Source of the DNA: Eledone cirrhosa
Lineage: Eukaryota
Length of the DNA: 64,000 nt
Assembly (NCBI GenBank): GCA_964016885.1
Contig: OZ024740.1
Location: 419,864,001-419,928,000 of the forward strand
Direction of reading: 5' to 3'
This document shows, in pieces, positions 37,634 to 48,013 of the stretch. How positions within the stretch are numbered: the first letter of the stretch is position 1; each line of letters begins with the position of its first letter. Under the pieces are notes generated by a model that worked only from the letters and a program-made list of their open reading frames with translations, was not told the origin of the DNA and searched no databases. The position numbers were made by a program, and so were the translations under genes.

Positions 37634-38333
37634 TTCTTTTTATTGCATTTAAAATAAGTTAAAAATTAGGTGGGGTGTTTTTAAAGTATATTTTGTGAAT
37701 TGTAAATAAAATATAATGTAAAATAAAGTGTATAATAAAGTATGATATAAATTTTTAATGTATCAATAATCTAAAATATCAATTTAATGTATCAATAAAC
37801 CAAAATATATTTCCTGCTGTGTTAATTTAAAACAAGGAAAATAACATTAACTTTGAAGTAGATATCACATTTTTACAATCTCTCATTCCATATAGATTTC
37901 TCTGAGGTTTGTTACTCTACAATTTTTTCCATTTTTACACTGATATAATTAACATAATTTTACATTGATTTCTAAATTTTAAATCAATATTTTATTGGTT
38001 TTTTTTAATATGAATTTGAAATTAAATTTGAAAAGTTTGGAATGAGTTAAATATGATTGACTGTATGAGTAATACAGTACTAACTGGAATTGAATAGAGA
38101 AACTGGTTAGAACATAAAAAATGTCTAATATATTGAGGAGATATGATTGTATTAGAAGGGATGTATGAACCCATAACTCCTGAGGGAGTTGTAGGGGAGC
38201 TGAGGAACTGGAATCATATGATTCCTGTTCCTCAGAGAAATAACAACGCAACAGGAGCTGGACATATTGGAGTATTGACGGAGTAAAACACACTTCAACA
38301 ACATGTGTACCTGTCTCTACCACACCAATTCGG

Positions 38334-38388
38334 ACTGCCTGAAGAGGTCACAGCCAATGATGGCTGTCACTGAAATATATATAGCAGT
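38334..38388 (+). ncRNA. Minimal type I hammerhead ribozyme motif
   Basis: actgc-CUGAAGA-ggtcacagcca(atga)tggctgtcact-GAAA-tatata-UA-gcagt. Stem I is a perfect 5 bp. Confidence 0.85.
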
Positions 38389-38535
38389 ATATCTATAATT
38401 TATAATAAACGAAGCCAAATTTTACATATTTGACTTAATTATTTTACATTACTCCGGAGTAAACAAACCAACCTGCATACTTCGTCGAGTGCTCCAATCC
38501 GCATACTGAGGTGTCGGTAAACAACCAACATATAC

Positions 38536-38566
<31 letters not shown>

Positions 38567-38828
38567 CCAGGGAGTGTAACTTGGAGTTACTGTAGGTTCA
38601 CCCAAGTGAGCACTCGATAGATGTTTAGGTTCATTTCCGTGTCGAGGTATAGAGCTAGACTGAGTGTATTATAGTAAAATAAAACAATCATTTTTTCATT
38701 ACCATTATAAGGGGTCTGATGAGCCGTGGATTACAGAGTCGGACTAGGTTGATACAGATCGAACCTCGAGCTGATCAGTGGTGAAACGCGCGTCACCAAT
38801 AAACGTCCTTGTTTTATTTTACTATAGA
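38567..38828. mobile_element. Penelope-like pseudo-LTR unit with a partial inversion, inserted in (TA)n
   Basis: tatagtaaaataaaacaa (38670) is inverted at 38809-38826. The left part is related to 29390-29450. Confidence 0.65.
38713..38797 (+). ncRNA. Minimal type I hammerhead ribozyme motif
   Basis: ggt-CUGAUGA-gcc...ggt-GAAA-cgcgcg-UC-acc, immediately followed by AATAAA. Confidence 0.85.
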
Positions 38829-38843
38829 AATATATATATATAA

Positions 38844-40730
38844 TTGTTTGACCAAAAACGTGAGGTGTTCAGGATTGCTAGGCAATGCGTCAAGGAAAAC
38901 CGTGATATTGTCGGGGAGAAGTGTGTACTAAACGACGATGGCACACTTGCCATCACCGACGCTGATAAGAAGGTAGCTTGGAAGTGTCACTATGAAAGGC
39001 TTCTAAATGAGGAGAATAATTGGGAGAAAGGCAGTCTCCCCCATATCGACCCAATAGAGGGACCAGCAGTGTTAGTCGAGGGGAGTATAATAAGTAAGGC
39101 AATCAAGGATATGAAGACTGGTAAGGCGGCTGGGCCTTCGGAAATAGTTGCTGAGATGCTGAAGGCATCTGGCACGGTGGGACACACCATGGTCACCCGC
39201 ATAGTTAACCAAGTCGTACAGAATGGGGTTGTTCCGAAGGACTGGCATAGCAGCATCATCGTTAACTGTTATAAGGGTAAAGGAGACGCCCTAGATAGGA
39301 GTAACTATAGAGGCATTAAATTAATCGACCAGGTCATGAAGGTCACGGAAAGAGTAATAGCGCAACTAATCAGAGAGAGAATTGACCTAGATGAAATGCA
39401 GTTCGGGTTTGTGTCAGGCAAAAGTACCACAGACGCTCTTTTCATAGTACGACAACTACAGGAGAAGTACCTAGCTAAAGGTAAACCCCTCTACTTAGCT
39501 CTTGTCGACTTGGAGAAAGCCTTCGACAGAGTCCCCCGCTCCATTATCTGGTGGGCTCTTAGAAAACTAGGCGTTGACGAATGGCTTGTGAGGGCTATAC
39601 AAGCCATGTATAAAGAAACAGTCAGCAAGGTTAGAATTAACAACGAATATAGTGAAGAGTTTAGCGTAAAAGTTGGCGTCCATCAGGGCTCTGTTCTCAG
39701 TCCACTACTATTTATTATTGCCCTTCAGGCTATAACAGAGGAGTTCAAGACAGGCTGCCCATGGGAACTCCTATACGCAGACGACCTGACACTCATAGCG
39801 GAATCAATGGCCGAGCTAGAGAAGAAATTCCAAACATGGAAGCACGGCCTAGAGTCAAAAGGACTTAAAATTAACCTGGCTAAGACCAAAGTACTAGTTT
39901 GTAGGAAAGAAAACAAGGCGGCGGTCCCTTCTGGGAAATGGTCATGCTCGGTGTGTAGGAAAGGCGTAGGTAGAAACTCCATTTTATGTCCTAAATGCAA
40001 AGTATGGGTGCATAAAAGATGTAGTGGGATCACAGGTAAGCTAACTAAGAACATAGATTTTACATGTGGCCGGTGCTCTGGTGCAATAAGTAGCAGCAAG
40101 TGCCCACAAACTACTAGCTCTTTCAATTGCGCAGAGGGTTCTATAGAAATAGTGGACAGCTTCCGTTACCTGGGCGATAAAATCAGCAGTGGGGGAGGGT
40201 GCTCTGAAAGTACTGTAGCTAGAGTCAGAACTGGTTGGAAAAAGTTCAGAGAGCTTATACCACTATTAGCTGCTAAAGGGTTCTCACTAAAAATGAAAGG
40301 CAGGTTGTACGATGCCTGCATACGAACAGCAATGCTGCATGGCAGTGAGACCTGGGCATTGTGTGCAGAGGATATACGCAGACTAGAGAGGAACGAAGCT
40401 TGCATGCTCCGCTGGATGTGTAACAGTAATATACGTGAACGGCAAAGCATAAACGAACTAAGGAAAAAATTAGAGATAAGAGGGATCAGATGTTGTTTAC
40501 TCGAGAGAAGGCTACGTTGGTATGGACACGTGATGCGCATGAAAGTCGATAGCTGTATAACAAAGTGCAGGGCAATAAAGATAGACGGTAGTCACGGAAT
40601 AGGCAGACCTAGAAAAACCTGGGACGAGCTGATAAACTCCGACATCACACACTTACACCTCTCCAAGACAATGTCACTGGACCGAGACCTTTGGCGGTAC
40701 TCAGTAACAGAAAAGACCCGCCTTACCTAA
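38844..40730 (+). CDS. RTE ORF fragment: RT, PHD-like finger and C-terminal domain (endonuclease missing)
   Basis: KAAGPS, NYRGIKL, QFGF, DLEKAFDRV, QGSVLSP, YADD, C4HC3, FRYLG and RLRWYGHVMRM, in a 628-codon frame with no stops. Confidence 0.85.
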   Translation: MFDQKREVFRIARQCVKENRDIVGEKCVLNDDGTLAITDADKKVAWKCHYERLLNEENNWEKGSLPHIDPIEGPAVLVEGSIISKAIKDMKTGKAAGPSEIVAEMLKASGTVGHTMVTRIVNQVVQNGVVPKDWHSSIIVNCYKGKGDALDRSNYRGIKLIDQVMKVTERVIAQLIRERIDLDEMQFGFVSGKSTTDALFIVRQLQEKYLAKGKPLYLALVDLEKAFDRVPRSIIWWALRKLGVDEWLVRAIQAMYKETVSKVRINNEYSEEFSVKVGVHQGSVLSPLLFIIALQAITEEFKTGCPWELLYADDLTLIAESMAELEKKFQTWKHGLESKGLKINLAKTKVLVCRKENKAAVPSGKWSCSVCRKGVGRNSILCPKCKVWVHKRCSGITGKLTKNIDFTCGRCSGAISSSKCPQTTSSFNCAEGSIEIVDSFRYLGDKISSGGGCSESTVARVRTGWKKFRELIPLLAAKGFSLKMKGRLYDACIRTAMLHGSETWALCAEDIRRLERNEACMLRWMCNSNIRERQSINELRKKLEIRGIRCCLLERRLRWYGHVMRMKVDSCITKCRAIKIDGSHGIGRPRKTWDELINSDITHLHLSKTMSLDRDLWRYSVTEKTRLT

Positions 40731-41130
40731 ATATATAGTAAAACCTACTCCAGCCAGTAGGCATCTCTAACAAAATACACCCCGTCCCACCACCACCACC
40801 CCCACCCGATCCACACCACCCCGTTCTATGTAAAGTTATGTTGGTGCCGCGCCATCGAGGCCGAAACAAATGAGATCGTGTAGGTGTCACGACAAAAAAA
40901 CACACAGTCCACGCTGTAATGTGGCCGTGTAGGCAACACGGTAAAAACCTCCCAGACCCACACTGTAAATGTGGTTGGTGTTAGGAAGGGCATCCAACTG
41001 TAGAAAACCTGCCAGACAGTCCTATGCGAGCAAGACAATCACTCTTGCCTCAAGTGGGACTACCCCCGTCCAAACCCATGCAAGCGTGGAACACGGACGT
41101 TAAACGTTGATGATGATGATGATGATGATG
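38848..41130 (+). mobile_element. Young 5'-truncated RTE LINE
   Basis: Uninterrupted RT frame, 3' UTR and (gat)n tail. Confidence 0.95.
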
Positions 41131-41396
41131 TTTCTACTTTTGGCACAAGGCCAGCAATTACCCAGTGTATTACTGGTACTTTATTTTATCGACCCCGTAA
41201 GGATGAAAGGCAAAGTTAACCTCGGCGGGATTTGAACTCATAATGGAAAAAGCCATATAATATATATATATATATGTGAAGGCGTGTGGCTGAGTGGTTA
41301 GAGAATTGGATTCACAATCGTAAGGTTGTGAGTTCGATTCCTGGACCAGGCGATGCGTTATGTCCTTGAGCAAGACACTTTATTTCACGTTGCTCC
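41129..41396. mobile_element. SINE A fragment (-, 41129-41240) and a SINE B-like tRNA head (+, 41277-41396)
   Basis: Homology to SINE A, plus A box tggctgagtgg and B box gagttcgattcc. Confidence 0.85.
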
Positions 41397-41879
41397 TTCT
41401 ACCTGGAGTTGCGACCGATAGATAGTATTAGCAATTGGAAAGACCAACGGAAACATTGTTCCCTCGGTCCGATTTGACGAAAGTCGATCGTCTCCTATAT
41501 ATATATGTATATATATATATGTGTATATATATATGTATATATATATATGTACATATATATGCATATGTATATATATATGTATATCATAATCTATAAAGCT
41601 CAGTGTGTGGTCATGCTCCTTCGTTATAGAAATCTACGATATAGAATTTCTTCAATTGAAACTTACAATTCAGTATACTAAATAGTTTCGATTGCGTCTT
41701 GATGCAGATAATTTTTTAAATTTCACCCACAATACGCAAAAAATAGATAAAGGTCAATATTTTACGATTTTTCTCTCTCATTTAAACTGCTGAACTCTTT
41801 CTACTACCATTCAAAATCTATACAACTTCATACTTTCTGCTACTTTCTCTTTCCAAGCTTGATGGTGATACTGTCCGTT

Positions 41880-42286
41880 CACACCACTCCCTACTGTCTT
41901 AAATTTAGAAAACAGATATCCTCTATGAGGTTACTAAACCTGCTAGAAACAGCAGCTAACTCTTCCCCATATCACACCACTCCCTACTGTCTTAAATTTA
42001 GAAAACACATATCCTCTATGAGGTTACTAAACCTGCTAGAAACAGCAGCTAACTCTCCCCCATATCACACCCCTCCCTACTGTCTTAAATTTAGAAAACA
42101 TATCTTCTATGAGGTCACTAAACCTGCTAGAAACAGCAGATAACTCTCCCCCATATCACACCACTCCCTACTGTCTTAAATTTAGAAAACACATATCCTC
42201 TATGAGGTCACTAAACCTGCTAGAAACAACAGCTAACTCTCCCTCATATCACAACCCTCCTTACTGTCTTAAATTTAGAAAACACA
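41880..42286. repeat. ~92-bp minisatellite, ~4.5 copies, derived from a dispersed repeat
   Basis: The unit contains ctgctagaaacagcagctaactctcccc.atatcacacc, similar to 6200-6240. Confidence 0.85.
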
Positions 42287-42574
42287 CAGACAACCATGCA
42301 GAACAACTCCATCGCAGCTCTGTTGTTCGGCTGGCATCGTCTACGCGCGTGTTGCGCAAGTACTGTGAAACAATAAATTTCAACACTTTTTTGCACAGAG
42401 ATAATATCCATAGGCAAAACTACAATTGTCACTGCTGGCGCAGCTCCTGCTTCCAGGTCTGCAATTCATTCACCCAGCGCCTGGCAGACAAAAAAGTGCT
42501 GCCATAAAATGGGTGGTGCAACCTAACTTTGGTAACTTAATGACCCCGAGCAACACCGGGCTTTAATGCTAGTG

Positions 42575-42605
<31 letters not shown>

Positions 42606-42861
42606 CTATGTATATATATATATATATCTATGTATATATATATATATATCTATGTATATATATATATATCTATGTATATATATATATATATCTATGTATA
42701 TATATATATATCTATGTATATATATATCTATGTATATATATATATATATATCTATGTATATATATATATATATATGTGTATATATATATATATCTATATA
42801 TATGTATATATATATATATAAATCTATATATATCTATGTATATGTATATATATATATACAT

Positions 42862-43190
42862 GGAGGCACATGGCTTAGTGGTTAGAGCATTGGCCTTGCA
42901 ATCGAAAGGTTGTGAGTTCAATTCTCAGACCGGGTGATGTGTTGTTTCCTTGAGCAAGACACTTTATTTCACATTGCTCCAGTTTACTCAGCTGTAGAAA
43001 TGAGATGATAGGGACTGGGGTCCCTATCATTCCACTGCAAAGTGGTCGTGGAGGTGCCACGGCAAAAAAGCACCCAGCACTCACTGTAAATGAGGTTGGT
43101 ATTAGGAAGGGCATCCAGCTGTAGAAATCAAGCCAGAATCAGTTCCCGTCCCACCCTTGCAAGCAGGGAAAAGGCGGACATAAAATGAAA
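42862..43190 (+). mobile_element. SINE B, full length
   Basis: tRNA head, CORE-like body and RTE-type tail, lying between (TA)n tracts. Confidence 0.92.
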
Positions 43191-43325
43191 ATGAAATGAA
43201 ATATGTATATATATGTATATATATATATATATATATGTATATGTATATATATGTATATATATACATATATATATATGTATATGTATATATATGTATATAT
43301 ATATACATATATATATATATGTATG

Positions 43326-43356
<31 letters not shown>

Positions 43357-43543
43357 GTAGATAAATCTACCAAAATGCACGGTAGTGTCCAATCCGTATG
43401 AAGACCTCAATGTAATCCGAATATCATGAAAAGAGAAGATGTATTCAAAAATTTTTTTCGATGAAAAATACAGGAAAACAGAGTCAAGATAAATTAATAA
43501 AAATAATGAATAAACAAAGAAATAGTTCCTTATATTCAAAAAT

Positions 43544-43681
43544 TCATCATTTTACGATCGTTTCTAGGATATATATGTTAGTGTTGGTATGCATATCATA
43601 TAGATCTATGTAAAATTTTTACAAACTATCAGAAGGAATATACATACCTACACATATATATGCTGTCTTCAGAAATAATGA
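43544..43681 (-). ncRNA. Type I hammerhead motif with a ~100-nt stem II
   Basis: tcattattt-CUGAAGA-...-GAAA-cgatcg-UA-aaatgatga. Stem I is 9 bp and stem III is the palindrome acgatcgt. Confidence 0.75.
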
Positions 43682-43687
43682 TATTTG

Positions 43688-43754
<67 letters not shown>

Positions 43755-43772
43755 GTATGTATACATATATAT

Positions 43773-43987
43773 ATAGGAACGAGTAGGACCCCAACGGCTG
43801 AGCTCAAGCCGTTTCGACAGCTAATTCTGGACTAAAATGGACTTTTAGTCCAGAATTAGCCGTCGAAACGGCTTGAGCTCAGCCGTCGGGGTCCTACTCG
43901 TTCCTATTACCCACTCTACTACCCTAAGTATTGAGTACTTTGGTGCGTTATGGTCCATCTGGTTCCTTACCACATTTCCTTCGTTAC
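43773..43987. mobile_element. Fold-back element (65-bp arms) carrying the 3' half of a hammerhead
   Basis: 43773-43837 is the inverse of 43843-43907. Contains GAAA-cggcttgagctcagccg-UC-ggggt and is flanked by (TA)n. Confidence 0.7.
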
Positions 43988-44134
43988 ATATATATATATA
44001 TATATGAATATATATGTATGTATATATTTATACATATATATATATGTATATATATGTATGTATATATATATACATATCTATATATATATATATATGTATA
44101 TATATGTATATATATATGTGTATATATATATATA

Positions 44135-44180
<46 letters not shown>

Positions 44181-44619
44181 ATTCTGAAAAACAAAATCTT
44201 TCAACAACAAAATATAAATTTTAGGGTGTAATTTCGGAAATATAAATACCTTAGATAGAATATTGGATATAGAAAATATTTCTGTGATTGTTGATTGTGC
44301 AGCCAATTTGTAGAATATAGAATCAATAAGGAGTCTGTAAAGTTGGGTCAAGTGATATTGAAACAAGATGGTTGACAGTTATTAGATGAGATTTACTAAC
44401 CACACTGCTGCTGTTGTTGTTGCTATTGCTGCTGCTGTTGCTGTTGTTGCGGTCATTGAGTGAATACAATATTCTATGGGTTTTGTTGTTTTTTTTTTTT
44501 GTTGGAATAAGGAAACAAAGAGGAAAATGTAATAACCAAAAAATGAGATGTCCATCTGTTGAGAGTGAATTCCTCTTTAGGTTTTGTTTATCTTAAACAA
44601 AAAAAGAGAAAGTAATAAC

Positions 44620-45130
44620 AATTGTTTCTAATTTTTGCACAAGGCCATCAATTACTCAGTACATTACTGGTACTTTATTTTATCGACCCTGTAAGGATGA
44701 AAGGCAAAGTTAACCTCGGCGGGATGTGAACTCAGATCATAAAGGGAGGTAACTCTATGCTTCAAAGCAAGGCTTCCGGCCCTCTACCAATACTGCCAAT
44801 CCACCGCCTTACAGAGAAAGTAATAATAATAATAATTAATAATAGTGGTTTCTGATTTAGGCACAAGACTGGCAATTTTTTGGGGGGAGGGGAGGGGAAA
44901 GTTGATTAAATCGACTCCAGTGCGTGACTGATACTTTATTTTATCGACCCCGTAAGGATGAAAGGCAAAGTTAACCTCGGCGGGATTAGCTTTGCCTGCC
45001 AAAATGATAATTATAATGATGATAATGATGATTTCTATATTAGCCACACAGGGCTCACATAAAGAAAACATTAAAGACAGCACAGGAAGGTACAGTGGCA
45101 GGGGTTTAATTTTTTTTGTGTAAAATAAAA
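44620..45130 (-). mobile_element. Head-to-tail stack of SINE A (44620-44808), SINE A variant (44845-44986) and a Tx1 3' relic (45031-45130)
   Basis: Homology, (aat)n spacers and the TSD agagaaagtaataa around the first SINE. Confidence 0.8.
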
Positions 45131-45784
45131 TTTATAACTAAGAAAATAAACATTGAAATAAAACAAAATAAACAACAATAATAACAACAACAAGTCCAGT
45201 ATTTTGTGAAATATTTTCAACAATCCTGTTATTTTGTGAAGGGTGATGGACTGATTCTACTACAACTATGACACACTTTGAAAAAAAAAGTAACAAAACA
45301 AATACCAAAACAAAACTAAAGACATATATTACTGTAGGCCCTTTCCATACCAAATATTTGTGCTGACTCACCAGACCTTCAGTCAGTTTAACTGCAATTT
45401 CTGGAACTGTCTATTTATTGTCTTTGTCTAGGGCTTCTTTCCCCTTTCCCCTTATATCCTCTTCTACTTCCCCTCATTCCATGAAAGTGTAATTTTAAAG
45501 GAAACTGTTATTAGGGATTCAATCAATTGTCTCTTTCTTTTCCCTTTCTCATACTGTCTATTATTATTTCTCCACAGTGTATTTCCACATTCATTATTTT
45601 GTTCCAGCAAGTCAGATATTTTATCAGTTTTCCAGTCTTCGCTTCTATCTTCCAGTCACTATGACGCTGTTGTCAGGAATTTATTTAAGCTGACTTAAAC
45701 TTACCAACCAGCAGAGTATTGTCATGTTGTATACCTAGCTTGTTTTTGTTTTTTTCTATAGAAAATTCTGGAAATTATCCTGGT

Positions 45785-46013
45785 TTAACCCTTTAGCATC
45801 TAAACCAGCTTTATCCAGCCAGAATTCTTTCACCTCTTTCTCTTCAAACTGGCTGTAACTGGCTGCTCATATTTCTGTTAAGGTATTGTTATCATAATAA
45901 ATAATATCAAAATTTTATAGATTTGATATTATGTGAGGTAATTATGTGAGGTAAAGCCTTTACCATGAAAATATAATAATAAATATAAAGTCATGTAAAT
46001 GGTAAAGGGTTAA
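45785..46013. mobile_element. piggyBac-type (TTAA) MITE
   Basis: Termini ttaa-CCCTTTAGCAT and ATGGTAAAGGG-ttaa. Confidence 0.75.
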
Positions 46014-46499
46014 AGACTTTTTATTATAAACTTTGAACTGTAAGATTGATGGTTTAGTGGGGTACAGTGTTTCCTATTTTGAAAGTTAACTCAATAGATA
46101 TGTTTTTAACTATATAGTTATTTTACAATAAAATCATTTGTTGTAATATATTTGATATGTTATTTCATGCCATCAATCAACAAGACCCTAGACCTCATTC
46201 ACTTACTGAGTTGGGTAGAAAACAAAACTAGAGATGGTTTTGATCATGTCTGCTGAATTAAGGCTGACCTAGGGTTAAAGAACATAAATAAATAAAATAA
46301 ATTTTGAAGATTTCCGAGGAATGAACAAAACAAAATAGAGAAAAAATATGACTCGTCAAATCAGACCAAGGAAACAATGTTTCCATTGTTGATACTATCT
46401 ACTAGTCACAACTCCTAGCAGATATGTTATTTCATAGTTTTGTTAATTAATTATAAAAATGTCTCCTTGTGACGTTTATATATTTATATATTTCTCAGT

Positions 46500-47015
46500 C
46501 ACATTAATATCTCTCGATATAGTTATAGAATCACATTAATATCTCTCGATATAGTTATAGAATCACATTAATATCTCTCGGTATAGTTATAGAATCACAT
46601 TAATATCTCTCGATATAGTTATAGAATCACATTAATATCTCTCGATATAGTTATAGAATCACATTAATATCTCTCGATATAGTTATAGAATCACGTTGTA
46701 GGTGTCACGACAAAAAAACACACAATCCACGCTGTAATGTGGTCGTGTAGGTAACACAGTAAAAAGTTCCCAGTCCATACTGTAAACGTGGTTGGTGTTA
46801 GGAAGGGCATCCAGCCATAGAAAACCTGCCAGACAGTCCTATACAAGCAAGACAACCAATCTTGCCTCAAGTGGGACAATTCCTGTCTAAACCCATGCTA
46901 GCATGGAAGATAGACGTTAAACGATGATGATGATGATCTCTCGATATTATTATAGAATCATGTTAATATCTCTCGATATAGTTATAGAATCATGTTGATA
47001 TCTTTCGATATAGAA
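46500..47015. repeat. 32-bp minisatellite (cacattaatatctctcgatatagttatagaat) interrupted by an RTE 3' UTR (46697-46937)
   Basis: Six units before the insertion and about two degenerate units after it. Confidence 0.9.
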
Positions 47016-47664
47016 TCCTTAGTTTCAGAATGTATTTAATACTGAGATAACACAAGAAAAACAAGCAAGAGTCACAGTAAATTGGATATTATGTTGTTGT
47101 AAATTCATCATTGTATTAAGGCTCAATAGAATGTTCATTTATTTAAATTTAAGACATATTTAAAATAAAGAGCCAGCAGCCAAAATTCCCATACCCAGAA
47201 CAATAAGACTAAAAATAGGCCATGACAGATAACTTAATTTTGTTTATAGTCTAAAAATATTATCTTTTACATTAAATCTTTTTGTAATAAGATTTGAAAC
47301 AAATTTTTATTGTCCCCTATATTAACAATTTTTTTCTTCATATTAACTTGATTGCTTGGATAACACATTTATATCATCGTCAAGTCTAAAGGATTGGCCG
47401 GGGGGGGGGGGGGGGGCGACTGAGCCCCTCCAATTATTTGTTTCAATATTCTTGTGCTTTAATATCTTTCTTGGTCACATATTGGTGATAAAAAAAACAA
47501 TGAGAATAATAATAATTGTTTCTACTTTTGGCACAAGGCCAGCAATTACCCCAGTGTATTACTGGTACTTTATTTTTTTTTAATAATACACATGTACAGT
47601 GTATATATATATATATATATATATATAAGCCCCCTCCCAATCTCATGTATATATATATGTATGT

Positions 47665-48003
47665 GGAGGCACATGGCTTAGTGGTTAGAGCATTGGCCTT
47701 GCAATCGAAAGGTTGTGAGTTCAATTCTCAGACCGGGTGATGTGTTGTTTCCTTGAACAAGACACTTTATTTCACATTGCTCCAGTTTACTCAACTGTAG
47801 AAATGAGATGATAGGGACTGGGGTCCCTATAATTCCACTGCAAAGTGGTCGTGGAGGTGCCACGGCAAAAAAGCACCCAGCACTCACTGTAAATGAGGTT
47901 GGTGTTAGGAAGGGCATCCAGCTGTAGAAATCAAGCCAGAATCAGTTCCCGTCCCACCTTTGCAAGCAGGGAAAAGGCGGACGTAAAATGATGATGATGA
48001 TGA
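47665..48003 (+). mobile_element. SINE B
   Basis: Homology to 42862-43190. Confidence 0.92.
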
Positions 48004-48013
48004 TGTATGTATG

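Noticed and set aside
41400-41700. Further hammerhead halves (gacgaaagtcgatcgtc; minus strand gaaactatttagta)
   Set aside because: No matching CUGANGA or stem I was found. They may be decayed relatives, but I cannot support the call.
42862-42935. tRNA gene
   Set aside because: The A and B boxes continue directly into a SINE body and tail and recur many times, so this is a SINE head.
43361-43411. Possible exon [17 protein letters not shown]
   Set aside because: The splice signals are weak, and the segment is better explained as the body of the minus-strand hammerhead unit.
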